This document shows positions 22,042-33,000 of a stretch of 64,000 nt of DNA, piece after piece (position 1 is the first letter of the stretch; each line of letters starts with the position of its first letter). The stretch is taken from the NCBI GenBank assembly GCA_965219995.1, contig CBDCOX010000002.1:608001-672000 (forward strand), written 5' to 3'. Source of the stretch: Candidatus Latescibacterota bacterium (GTDB lineage: Bacteria; Latescibacterota; UBA2968; GCA-2709665). The position numbers were made by a program, and so were the translations under genes. The notes under the pieces were generated by a model. That model was not told the DNA's origin, made no database searches, and saw only the letters and a list, made by a program, of their open reading frames with translations.

Positions 22042-23091
22042 GTGCTTTATTGGCTGGGAGAACGATTTGCCGATGTGTACGGGCCCTTACGGCTCTTGAC
22101 GTCCTATCTGTTTCTGGCCGTTCTGGGCACGGCGCTGGCGGGGCTTTTTACATGGCGTCTGCTTCCGAGGCTGTGGATGCGGCTGCCCAAAGACCGGGGC
22201 CGCGCGTACGCCGTCGAGAACGAGCAGAGCCACGGCAAGCCCGTTGGCGCGGGCGTGATCTTCATCCCCATCTATCTGGTCGTGTGTTTGCTGATTCTGC
22301 CGCCGGGTTCCCAGTACTGGCAGATTCTGGGCTGTCTGTTTCTCGCCATGCTGGCCGGTTTCCTTGACGATCGAAGTCCGGGAGGATGGGGCGAGTACCG
22401 CGTGGGAGCCATCGACCTGGGCATTTCCCTGCTTGGCGCAATGGTTATCTGCCAGCTGGAGTCCGTCGAGCTCTGGCTGCCGCTGATGAAGACGCCGGTT
22501 CTGGTTCATCCGTGGATATTCGTGCCCGGAGCCGCGCTATTGATCTGGGTTTCAATCAATGCCACCAACTGTACGGATGGCGTGGACGGGCTGTCGGGCA
22601 GCCTGAGCGTCCTCGCCTTTATCTATCTGGGCGTCATTCTATACGGGATTGTGGGGCACACGGACATTGCCAGGTACCTTCTCGTGCCGCACTATCCCGA
22701 TGGCGCGGTGTGGGCGCTGTTCGCATTTGTCATGGCCGGGTGCCTGGCCGGATATCTGTGGTACAACGCCTATCCCAGCGCCGTGATGATGGGAGACGCG
22801 GGGTCCCGGCCGATGGGTTTCCTGCTCGGTATACTCGTTCTTGCGTGCGGCAATCCGTTTCTGATCGTCGTCGTCGCCAGCGTGGTCCTGGTGAACGGGG
22901 CCACGGGATTGTTGAAAGTGGCGCTGCTCCGGTTTCTGAAGATCGGGATCTTCCAGACGGTTCGATATCCGCTTCACGATCACTTCCGGCACAAGAACGG
23001 CTGGTCGAATACGCACGTACTCGTGCGTTTCATTCTGCTCCAGGCGTTCGTGACGCCGATTCTGCTGGTGCTGCTGGTTAAGATACGATAG
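22042..23091 (+). CDS. mraY: Phospho-N-acetylmuramoyl-pentapeptide transferase (stand-alone)
   Basis: GKP.GAG, GFLDD, NATNCTDGVDGL, LWYNAYPS.VMMGDAGS, PLHDHF. Confidence 0.85.
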   Translation: MLYWLGERFADVYGPLRLLTSYLFLAVLGTALAGLFTWRLLPRLWMRLPKDRGRAYAVENEQSHGKPVGAGVIFIPIYLVVCLLILPPGSQYWQILGCLFLAMLAGFLDDRSPGGWGEYRVGAIDLGISLLGAMVICQLESVELWLPLMKTPVLVHPWIFVPGAALLIWVSINATNCTDGVDGLSGSLSVLAFIYLGVILYGIVGHTDIARYLLVPHYPDGAVWALFAFVMAGCLAGYLWYNAYPSAVMMGDAGSRPMGFLLGILVLACGNPFLIVVVASVVLVNGATGLLKVALLRFLKIGIFQTVRYPLHDHFRHKNGWSNTHVLVRFILLQAFVTPILLVLLVKIR

Positions 23092-23136
23092 TGACGGGTC
23101 CCCGAAGAGTGTAGGTGTCAGGCATCTAAAAGTCGG

Positions 23137-23499
23137 GGAGACGTTAGACGTAAGAGGGGAGAGGAAATGAGTGCCCTATGGTTTTTCTGGTCGTTACGAT
23201 AGCGGTAAATTAGCAGGCACGGTTTATGTGACAAACATTGCTGTAAATGTCTTCATCTACCCTCTACCCTCTACGTCTCACCGGTTTTATTGCCCCGTCC
23301 AGTTTCATTTTGTGCTGGAGGCATAAAAGTAGAACCAATCGGGCAAGGACGTCATCTAACGTCTTGCGTCTCACGTCTCACCGGTTTTATTGCCCCGTCC
23401 AGTTTCAATTTGTGCTGGAGCCATAAAGGAAAAACCAAACGGGCAAGGACGTCATCTACCGTCTACCCTCTTACGTCTAACCGCTTTTATCTCCCGTCC
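23137..23499. repeat. 100-bp tandem repeat (about 2.5 copies) with heptamer blocks and an upstream inverted heptamer block
   Basis: TCATCTA starts recur at 23253, 23352 and 23452; GTTAGACGTAAGAGGG near 23142 is the reverse complement of 23466-23481. Confidence 0.85.
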
Positions 23500-23527
23500 C
23501 CGCCATTTGGCGAACCGCGAGGAGTAT

Positions 23528-24898
23528 ATGAACGAAAAAGAGACGCTGAAGCGAAATATCTGTGAGGCGATCGACCGCCGGCGCGGGCAGATCGAGCGGA
23601 TCGGGGACCACATCATGGCCCACCCCGAGACGGGATTCAAGGAAGTAGAAACGTCCAGGCTGGCCGCGAACACGATGGAGGAGTTCGGCATTTCGCATGA
23701 AACCGGACTGGGGATCACGGGCGTAAAGGGGATCCTGCGCGGAGCGAAGCCGGGACCGACCGTTGCCCTGATTGGTGAACTGGACTCGCTGGTGGTGCCG
23801 GACCATCCCATGGCGGATCCGGACACCGGCGCCGCACACGCCTGCGGGCACAACGCGCAGATGGCCGGGCTGCTGGGCGCGATGATGGGGATCGTCGATG
23901 CCGGTGCGGCCGGGCATCTGGCCGGGAACATCGTGTTCTTCGCGGTGCCCGCGGAAGAGTACATCGAAGTCGAGTACCGGATGGGGTTGGTCAGGGAAGG
24001 GAAGCTGGAGTTTCTCGGCGGGAAACCCGAACTCGTCCGGCTCGGTCAGTTCGACGACGTTGACATCGCGGCCATGATCCACACACACAGCGACCCCAAC
24101 ATGAAAAAGGCGGCGGTTTCCGAATCGTGCAACGGGTGTCTGGTGAAAATGGTCCACTTCATCGGCCGGGCCGCGCACGCCGGAGGGGCGCCCCACCGGG
24201 GAATCAACGCCTTGAACGCCGCTCAGATCGCGTTGGCGGCGATTCATGCACAGCGGGAGACGTTCCGGGACAACGACTCGATCCGGGTGCACCCGATCAT
24301 CACAAAGGGCGGAGATATCGTGAACGTGGTGCCCGCGGAGGTCAGGATGGAGACCTACGTACGCGGCAAGACGAACGAAGCGATGCTGGACGCCAACGAA
24401 AAGGTCGACCGGGCGATCCGCGCCGGCGCGATGGCGGTGGGCGCACGGGTGGAGATCGAGACGCTTCCGGGGTACCTGCCTCTTCGGAACGATCCGGCGT
24501 TGAGCGCGATTTTCGAAGCGAATTCGAAGGCGCTGTTCGGCGCGGAGGAAGTACGCGAGGTCTCACATCGAACGGGATCCACGGATATGGGGGATCTTTC
24601 CCATATCATGCCGGCGATCCATCCGTACATGTCCGGAGCGGACGGCGTGGGCCACAGCGCGGACTGGCATATTTCGGACAGGGAGATGGGGTATATCGCG
24701 CCCGCGAAATCGCTGGCGCTGCTGGCCGTGGACCTTCTGCACGGCGACGGCGAGGCGGCGACGGGCCTGCTCCGGGAATTCGAGCCGGCGATGACGAAGG
24801 ACGAATACCTGACGTTTCAGCGGGCGCTGTTCAAGACGGAGAACTTCGACGGGGCGCACGGGGGGAAACCGGAGAGTCAGAATGTCACATCCGAATGA
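23528..24898 (+). CDS. M20 amidohydrolase (AbgB/ACY1L2-like)
   Basis: HPETGFKE, GELDSL, HACGHN, PAEE, GRAAHAG, GSTDMGD; RBS GAGGAG. Confidence 0.9.
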   Translation: MNEKETLKRNICEAIDRRRGQIERIGDHIMAHPETGFKEVETSRLAANTMEEFGISHETGLGITGVKGILRGAKPGPTVALIGELDSLVVPDHPMADPDTGAAHACGHNAQMAGLLGAMMGIVDAGAAGHLAGNIVFFAVPAEEYIEVEYRMGLVREGKLEFLGGKPELVRLGQFDDVDIAAMIHTHSDPNMKKAAVSESCNGCLVKMVHFIGRAAHAGGAPHRGINALNAAQIALAAIHAQRETFRDNDSIRVHPIITKGGDIVNVVPAEVRMETYVRGKTNEAMLDANEKVDRAIRAGAMAVGARVEIETLPGYLPLRNDPALSAIFEANSKALFGAEEVREVSHRTGSTDMGDLSHIMPAIHPYMSGADGVGHSADWHISDREMGYIAPAKSLALLAVDLLHGDGEAATGLLREFEPAMTKDEYLTFQRALFKTENFDGAHGGKPESQNVTSE

Positions 24899-26510
24899 CG
24901 GAAAAATCGGCTGGAACGCGGTGAGCGGGACCGGCGCGGTCGCCGCCGGGGGCGCTGGCGCCGTGGCGGCCGGTATCGAGATTCTCGAACGGGGCGGGAA
25001 TGCGGCCGACGCGGCGGCGGGCACGATTCTCGCGCTGAACGTGACGGACCACGGCGCGTGTTCGATTGGCGGCGAGGTGCCGGTGATCGTCTACGACGCC
25101 CGCAAGAAGGAAGTCAAAACGCTATCGGGGCAGGGCCGGGCGCCGCTTTGCACCGAAGCGATCTCGTGGTACATGAAAAACGGCATTCCTGACAAAGACA
25201 TGAAGATGGCGCCGGTCCCCTCGGTCGTGGACCTGTGCACGACGCTGCTCCGGCAATACGGCACCCTGACGTTCGAGGAGATTGTTGCGCCCACGCTGTC
25301 CATCCTGGACGCCGGCGGGGAACCCTGGCACCCCAGGCTGGCCGTGACGCTGCGAAGACTGGTCGAGGCGGAGCAGGGCGCGCGCGGAAGCCGGGAGGAG
25401 AAGGTGGCCGCCGCGAGCGACCGCTTCTACGGCCGGAACGGGGCCGTGCAGGACGTCGCCGATGATCTGGAAGCGGACTACGTGGAAAAGGGCGGTTTCC
25501 TGCGCAAGGCGGACCTGGCCGCTCACCGGACGCTGATCGAAGACCCCGTTGCGGTCAACTACCGGGGGTACGAGGTGTACAAATGCGGCCCGTGGACGCA
25601 GGGGCCCTATCTTTGCCAGGCGTTGCGTCTGCTGGAGGGATTCGACCTGCAATCCATGGGCCATCTATCCGCGGATTACGTGCACGTGGCAGTTGAAGCG
25701 CTGAAGCTGGCGATGGCCGACAGGGACGCGTATTACGCCGACCCTGACTTCGCCGCCGTTCCGATGGCCGAATTGCTGTCCGACGAATATACCGAAATCC
25801 GCCGTCCGCTGATCGAGTTGGACAATGCGTCTCACGAAGCCCGTCCCGGAGATCCGTATGCGCTGAAACCGCTGCGCGGAAACGGCGTGTTCGAACCGGG
25901 TATCGGGGGAACGACCACCTGCGTGGTCGCGGACCGCTGGGGGAACGTCGTCTCGGCCACCCCCAGCGCGAACGTCTACAGAGGCGAAACCCCTCTCGGC
26001 GGTCGTACCGGGGTGTCGTACGGCAACCGTCTGAGAAGCCTGAATACCACGCCGGGTCATCCCAACTGCATCCAGCCGGGGAAGCGACCGCGCATCACGC
26101 TCACTCCGACGCTCGTGTTGAAGGACGACCGGCCCGTGCTGGCGATCAGCGTCGCCGGCGGCGACCTGCAGGACCAGGCGACGCTCAACCTGCTCCTGGA
26201 CTTCATCGAGTTCGACATGCTGCCCGAGACCGCCGTCCGGGCGCCGCGCTTCGCCACCGCGCATCACGAGGACTCGTTCGATCCGAATCCCGACCGGCCG
26301 GCCACGTTCAAAAGCGTCGGTTCGCTGTCGATCAGCGACCGGGTGAGCCCCGACGTCCGTAACGAACTCGCCCGTCGCGGCCATCGCGTCGAACCGTCAG
26401 GCGGCCCGATTGCGACGCCCGTCATGCTTTTCATCGATCAGGAAAGCGGGCGTTTCCACGCCGCCGGCGACCCCGACGCCGGACGTCACGCAGCGGGATT
26501 GGGAGAATAG
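24882..26510 (+). CDS. Gamma-glutamyltransferase family protein
   Basis: GGNAADAA, YRGYEVY, WTQGP, KLAMADRDAYYADP, catalytic TTT, PGKRPRITLTP. Confidence 0.9.
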   Translation: MSHPNDGKIGWNAVSGTGAVAAGGAGAVAAGIEILERGGNAADAAAGTILALNVTDHGACSIGGEVPVIVYDARKKEVKTLSGQGRAPLCTEAISWYMKNGIPDKDMKMAPVPSVVDLCTTLLRQYGTLTFEEIVAPTLSILDAGGEPWHPRLAVTLRRLVEAEQGARGSREEKVAAASDRFYGRNGAVQDVADDLEADYVEKGGFLRKADLAAHRTLIEDPVAVNYRGYEVYKCGPWTQGPYLCQALRLLEGFDLQSMGHLSADYVHVAVEALKLAMADRDAYYADPDFAAVPMAELLSDEYTEIRRPLIELDNASHEARPGDPYALKPLRGNGVFEPGIGGTTTCVVADRWGNVVSATPSANVYRGETPLGGRTGVSYGNRLRSLNTTPGHPNCIQPGKRPRITLTPTLVLKDDRPVLAISVAGGDLQDQATLNLLLDFIEFDMLPETAVRAPRFATAHHEDSFDPNPDRPATFKSVGSLSISDRVSPDVRNELARRGHRVEPSGGPIATPVMLFIDQESGRFHAAGDPDAGRHAAGLGE

Positions 26511-26547
26511 GACGTCAAGGAAAAATCGCCGTCGCGCGAGCACCAGC

Positions 26548-26574
26548 GTAGGGGCAGGTTTCAAACCTGCCCCT
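26548..26574 (+). repeat. GTAG-type REP-like palindrome
   Basis: GTAGGGGCAGGTTTCAAACCTGCCCCT. Confidence 0.75.
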
Positions 26575-26663
26575 GTTTTCGTTTGTCCGCAGACTCCGTG
26601 TCCGGCTTGCAGAAGCAGGTTCTTGCGGCCAATCCGCGCTTTCGGACCCCGCTTCTTCCCATG

Positions 26664-26699
26664 GGCCTTGCTGATAAAATGTCAGCAGGGCTTTTTTTT
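26664..26699 (+). terminator. Intrinsic terminator after the amidohydrolase-GGT operon
   Basis: GCCTTGCTGA-loop-TCAGCAGGGC followed by a T run. Confidence 0.7.
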
Positions 26700-26723
26700 G
26701 CGTGATTTGGCGAACTCCCACCG

Positions 26724-26779
26724 GCTGAGACAGAGCCCAAGCAGCAATTCATACTCATGTGCGGTCAATTCCACGCGGC
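26724..26779 (-). pseudogene. Remnant of a hybrid kinase winged-helix domain
   Basis: 48/56 nt identical to 36609-36664; translates RVELTAHEYELLLGLCLS versus RVDLTAHEYELLRELCAS. Confidence 0.8.
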
Positions 26780-26930
26780 TGCGTGACCTCGCCTCTATGT
26801 AACACCCCTGACGTGAAGTCATCTCAATGAACCTCCGTTAGTACACCGTCGCGTTTTGGTCAGAGGCTGACGCACCCTTCCTGCGCAGGTCTGTAGAACG
26901 ACCTCGCCGGGAATTTTTATTGTTTGACCG

Positions 26931-26999
26931 AAAAATCACGATAAAGTCACTATATTATGGTCCGGTAGTCACTAAAAAGACATTTCAATGTTGTATATT
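26931..26999 (+). promoter_or_regulatory. TCAC-box promoter A, upstream of the FN3 giant protein
   Basis: TCAC at 26936, 26947 and 26969; GTATATT at 26993; same spacing as copies B and C. Confidence 0.7.
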
Positions 27000-27066
27000 C
27001 TCATAATAATTATACACCAAATGCGGCTCAAGGGAAACCGGAGACCATCTCGACGGAAGGGATCTT

Positions 27067-30000
27067 GTGTCTACTGATCATCGCAGACGATTCAGGGCGT
27101 GTTATTCCACCTGCAGGTTGTTGTGCAGCGTCGCGTACCGCGGTGTCGTGCGACCCGGCAGATGGATGTTCGTTCCGATGGGCTGGTTGTTTCTTGCCAC
27201 GTCGGTATACGCACAGGCCGGCAGTGGCCCGACCAACCTGAGGGTTTCGCTGGTTGGGCAGAACAGGTTGGAACTGACGTGGGACGCGCCGGCAGTGGAT
27301 GTGGCGAGTGTGAGCCATTACAACATCCGGTACAATGAACAGACCGGAGATTTGCGGGCATGGGGAAACGGCACCTATGGCGCCCTGGGCACTGCGACCC
27401 GCGCGGAGGTGGTATTGGGCAACCGGTCGAGGGCACGGTATTATACGTATCGAATGCATGCCGTGCGCAATGGCGTGGAGAGCGAATGGTCGAACAGCGT
27501 TACGTATGATGCGGACGGGGATACGGTGGTGGAGCTGCCCGTGGCGCCCGGCAGGTTGACGGCCCTTCCGCGAGACGGTGAGGTCGGATTGTCGTGGGAC
27601 GATCCGTCTGACGCCACGATCGTCGTCTACCAGTTACGCTTCACCCCCGGCGGCGTGTCTGCCCCACCGGATTGGACGCACGTCGTGTGGAGCGATATAG
27701 CCGGCAGTGACGCGGTTACGACCGTTCACGCCGTTGCGGAGCTGACCGACGGAACCGAGTATACGTTCGAGGTGCGCGCCAGGAATGCCGCCGGCGTGGG
27801 CGATTCGAGCGTGGTGACGGCCACGCCGGGTCTGCCTTCGCCGCCCGTCAATCTGTCCGCAACTCCCGGCGACGCATCGGTGCGGTTGACGTGGGACAAT
27901 CCGGGCGACGTTACGATCACGGGATATCAGGTCAGGTACAGCGATGCGACGGGTCTCGTACAGGACTGGACGGATATCAGTCTGAGCGATCAATACACGA
28001 CGGGTCACGAGGTGACGGGCCTGACGAACTGGACGGAATATACGTTCGAGTTACGGGCGGTGAACGGTGCGGGTCCCGGTGGTTCGTCGCACGTGGTAGA
28101 GACGCCCGGTTTGCCTCCCGGCGCGCCGTCGGGCCTGACGTGGACGCCCGGCGACGCGTCGGTGAATCTGTCGTGGGACGATCCTGCTGACGACTCGATC
28201 GAGAAATATCAGCTCAAGTACGGCGATGCGACGGGGCTGATACAGGACTGGACGGATATCAGTTTGAGCGATCAATACACGACGGATCACGAGGTGACGG
28301 GTCTGACGAACGGGACGGAGTATACCGTCGAGGTTCGTGCGGTCAACGCGGCCGGCGACGGCCAATCGTCGAGCGTGACCGCGATGCCCGGCCCGCCGCT
28401 GGCGCCGGCCAACCTGACGTCGTCGGTAGGCGGATCGTGGGTGATGCTGACGTGGGACGATCCGATGAACCCGAGTATTACCGGCTATGAAGTACGCCAT
28501 GGTGACGGGCACGAGTGGGAGCAGGACTGGATGGAGATCGTCTTGAGCGATGCGAACACGACGGAACATACCGTCGGAGACCTGGAACTCGAGCGGGAAT
28601 ACGTCTTCCAGGTGCGCGCGGTAAACGCTGCCGGCGCGGGTGAGGCGTCCGAGGTGACGGGAAAGCCTCAGGTTCCGCCGTCGGCGCCGTCGGGCCTGAC
28701 CGCGATTTCCGGCGACGGTTTCGTGACGCTGTCGTGGGACGATCCGGCCTATCCCGGCCTGATCGGGTATCAGGTGCGTTACGTGGAAGGCACGATGCCG
28801 CTTCCGGAAACGTGGGAAGACATCGAGGGCAGTCACGCGAGTACGACGTCGCACACGGTCGGGAATCTGACGAACGGCAGGAGCTACAGGTTCGAGGTGC
28901 GCGGGGTTAACGAGGCGGGGCCCGGGGAATCGGCCGGCGTTACGGGCAGACCCGGTGGCCCGCAGGCGCCCGCAGGCCTTTCTGCATCGGCGGGCGAGGC
29001 GGCGGTGACGCTGTCGTGGGAAGATCCCGACGATGGGACGATCACCGTCTATGAGGTGCGATACGATGAGCGCGCTTCGGGGCTGCCGGGAGTATGGGAA
29101 GGCATCTCGCACAGCGACAGCAGTACGACCCGTCACGAGGTGACGGGCCTGACGAACGGCACGAGGTACACGTTCGAGGTGCGGGCGGTCAATGCCGTGG
29201 GTCCGGGGGCGTCGTCCGGCCTGACGGCTGCCCCCGGCGCGCCGGGGGCCCCGGAGGGCCTTGGCTGGTCGCAAGCCCACGGGTTGGTGACGCTGACGTG
29301 GGACGATCCTGACAACGCCGCGGTCGCCGGTTATCAGATCCGGTATCGGGAGGGCGCGACGGGTAATCCGAGCTGGACGGATATCAGAGGGAGCAACGCG
29401 AACACGACCCGCCACGAGGTGTCAGGGTTGACAAACGTCACGTCGTATACCTTCGAGCTGCGCGCGTTCAGCGATGCCGGTTTCGGTCCGACGGCCAGCG
29501 TGATGCCGATGACGCCGAAGACGCCTGCCGGCCTGCGGGCGACGGCGGGGGTGAACGAGGTGACGTTGACGTGGACGGATGCCGATGACGCGTCGATATC
29601 GGGATATGAGATCCGATACGGCGACGGCGTGACGTGGGACCCGGACTGGACGGAGATCGATCCGAGCAACGCGAACACGACCCGCCACGAGGTGACGGGG
29701 CTGACGAACGGGGAGGCATACGCGTTTGAGTTGCGCGCGCTCAACTCCGCCGGACCCGGCCCGGCGGCGAGTGCTGCGGCCACGCCGATGCCTGCGGCGC
29801 CTGCGAACCTGGCGGCGGAGGCGGGCGTCAATCAGGTGACACTGACGTGGAGCGACCCGGGAGACGCGGCCGTCACCGTGTACCAGCTCATCTACTATAG
29901 CGGCAGCCGCCCTTCGCAACCGGTTTGGAATGACCTTTCCGGAACGGTCAGCCACGCGGTCATGGGCCTGAAGAACGGGACGGAGTATACGTTCGAATTG

Positions 30001-33000
30001 CGCGCGAAAGCGACGGCCACCCCCGGCGATTCGTCGGTGGCGATGGCCGCGCCAAAACCTGCGGCGCCTGCGAATCTGGAAGCGGCGGCGGGCGTCAATC
30101 AGGTAACGCTGGCGTGGGACGACCCCGGCGACGCCGAAATCACGATGTATCAGATCCGGTATGCGGAAACGAATGCTTCGCTGCCGGCGTGGAGCGATGT
30201 ACCGGGCAGCCGCGCCGGCACGGCGGACTACACGGTGACGGGCCTGAAAAACGGGACGGAATATACGTTCGAGCTGCGCGCGAAAGCGACGGCCACCCCC
30301 GGTGACTCGTCGGTGGCGACGGGCACGCCCGTGCCTGACGCGCCAGCGAATCTGCAGGCGGCGGCGGGCGTCAATCAGGTGACGCTGGCATGGACCGACC
30401 CGGGGGACGCCGAGATCACCATCTACCAGCTCAAGTATGGTCACGGGACGACCGTCGATCTGGACTGGAGCGATATTGTAGGGACTGGCGCAACCACGAC
30501 GCAGACCACGGTGACGGGACTGACGAACGGGACGGTGTATACGTTCGAATTGCGGGCGAAAGCAACGGCCACCACCGGCGATTCGGCGGTGGCGATGGCC
30601 GCGCCGAAACCCGCGGCGCCTGCCAACCTGAATGCGACGGGCGGTGACGGGAAGGTCACGCTGACGTGGGACGATCCGCAGGATGCGGCGATCACGAAGT
30701 ATCAGATCCGGTATGCGGAAACGAACGCGTCGCTGCCGGCGTGGAGCGATATATCGGAAAGCGGCGCGGCCACAACGACCGAGCACGTGATGAACCTGAC
30801 GAACGATACGGAATATACCTTCGAATTGCGCGCGAAGGCGACGGACACCCCCGGCGAATCGTCCGTCGTGAATGGGACGCCGCGGTCGTGTCCGACGTTG
30901 ACAATTGCATCGATTGCAGACGTGGCGAAGGCCGTGGGATCGTCAATCTCGATCACGGCGACTGCTACGGGGGGATGCGGCACGAAGACATTCTCGAAGA
31001 AGCCGGACGGCAATACGCCGTCGTGGATCAGCGTCACCTCCGGCGGCAGCATCACGGGCACGGTACCGAGTTCGGCTGCCTGCAATACCCACAACGTAAC
31101 GGTAAGGGTCACCGACGAGAGAGGAACGACCGACGAGGAATCGTTCAGGATCACCGTGGGGGCCGCTTCGAGACTGGCCATCAGATCGATAGCAGACGTG
31201 ACGAAGGCGGTGAGATCGTCGATCTCGATCACGGCCACCACGTCGGGGGGATGCGGTACGAAGACGTTTTCGAAGAAGCCGGACGGCAATACGCCGTCGT
31301 GGATCAGCGTCACCTCCGGCGGCAGCATCACGGGCACGGTACCGAGCGCGGCTGCCTGCAATACGCACAGCGTAACGGTCCAGGTCACGGATGGAAGAGG
31401 AACGACCGACGAGGAGTCGTTCAAGATCACCGTTCCTGGTGAGGCGCTGACGATTTCGTGTCCGACGGACCAGACCGCGACGAAGGGCACGCCTATCTCC
31501 GCGGTTAGGCCGACCGTCGGCGGAGGATGCCCTGATTATGAGTATTCGATGACGGGAGCGCCGTCGGGAGTCTCGATCAACTCATCGAACGGGAACATTA
31601 GCGGGACGCCCACGGAGACAGGCACATTTAGTTTGACGGTGGCGGTAGAAGATGAGGAAGGTACGACGGATAGTTGTTCGTTTACGATGACCGTCAATGC
31701 ACCTTCGCTGACGATTTCGTGTCCGGCGGATCAGACGGCGACGAAGTGCACGGCCATCACCGAGGTCACGGCGACCGTCGGTGGAGGATGCCCTGACTAT
31801 ACGTTTTCGATGACGGGAGCGCCGGCTGGTATGGAAATCGACGAAGGCACGGGAGAGATCAGCGGCAAACCCACGGAAACGGGTACGTTCAACGCTAACG
31901 TGACCGTAACCGATGCCGAGGAAAACACGGCATCGTGTAATTTCGCGATCACGGTCTCGTGTCCGACGATCACGGTGGGAGGTTTGTCGGATGTGATAGG
32001 AGGTCTGCCGCACGTGGTGGTGGAGGTAAACGAGGAGATGCCCACGATGGCGGCCACGGCATCGGGCGGTACCGCGCCGTATACGTTTGGGATATCCGGC
32101 CAGCCGGGGAACGTGACGACTAACCCAACAAGCGGGGTCATCAGTGGCAACGTCGGTGAAATACCCGGCAGATACACCGTGACTGTGACGGCGACGAGCG
32201 CGTGCGGCTGCAAGGGCACGGGCACATTCACGATCACGGTCTCGTGTCCGACGATCACGGTGGGAGGGCTGTCGGACGTGGTGGTGGAAGTAAACGAGAA
32301 GATGCCCACGATGACGGCCACGGCATCGGGTGGTGCGTCGCCGTATGCTTTTGCAATATCCGGCGAGCCCGGGGACGTGACGATTAGCGAAACAAGCGGG
32401 GAAATAGAGGGCAACGTCGGCCTCCGTGCCGACACATACCCGGTGACGGTGACGGCGACGGACCGCTTCGGTTGTGAAAGTACCGGCACCTTCGATATCG
32501 AAGTCGTCGATTACGACACGCTGGAGATCGACGACATCGGCGACGTGGATGCAGACGTCAACAAAGCTATTTCTTCGATAACGCCATCTGTCTCCGGAGG
32601 CAAGACTCCGTACACGTTCTCGAGCTCCGGCAAACCCGCGGGCATCACGTCCAGCACGTCGACCGGTGTGATAAGCGGCGCGCCAACCGCGCTGGGCACG
32701 TTCAACATCACGGTGACCGTCAGTGACGACCGCGGAGAAACGGATGAAACCGACTTTACCATGTACGTCAGCCGGTCGCTGTCTGTCGCTTCCGTTTCGG
32801 ACGTGGTGGTGACGTGGTATCTTGACATGGACCCGATCCAGGTGTCGGCATCCGGCGGCAGGTCGCCGTACACTTTTTCTCTTGAAAGCCCGCCCGCCGG
32901 CATTTCCATTAATCAGTCGTCCGGCGTCATCAGCGGCACGCCAACGCAGTTGGGCAGCGCATTGGTAACTGTCGTGGTACGAGATCAGGGCAGACGCCAG

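Noticed and set aside
23253-23499. CRISPR array interpretation of the 100-bp repeats
   Set aside because: Whole units are repeated with no unique spacers, and no cas genes are present
26705-26725. Degenerate tRNA-derived att site at the left end of the accessory block
   Set aside because: Poor match to the tRNA-Glu 3' end; the adjacent sequence is better explained as a regulator remnant
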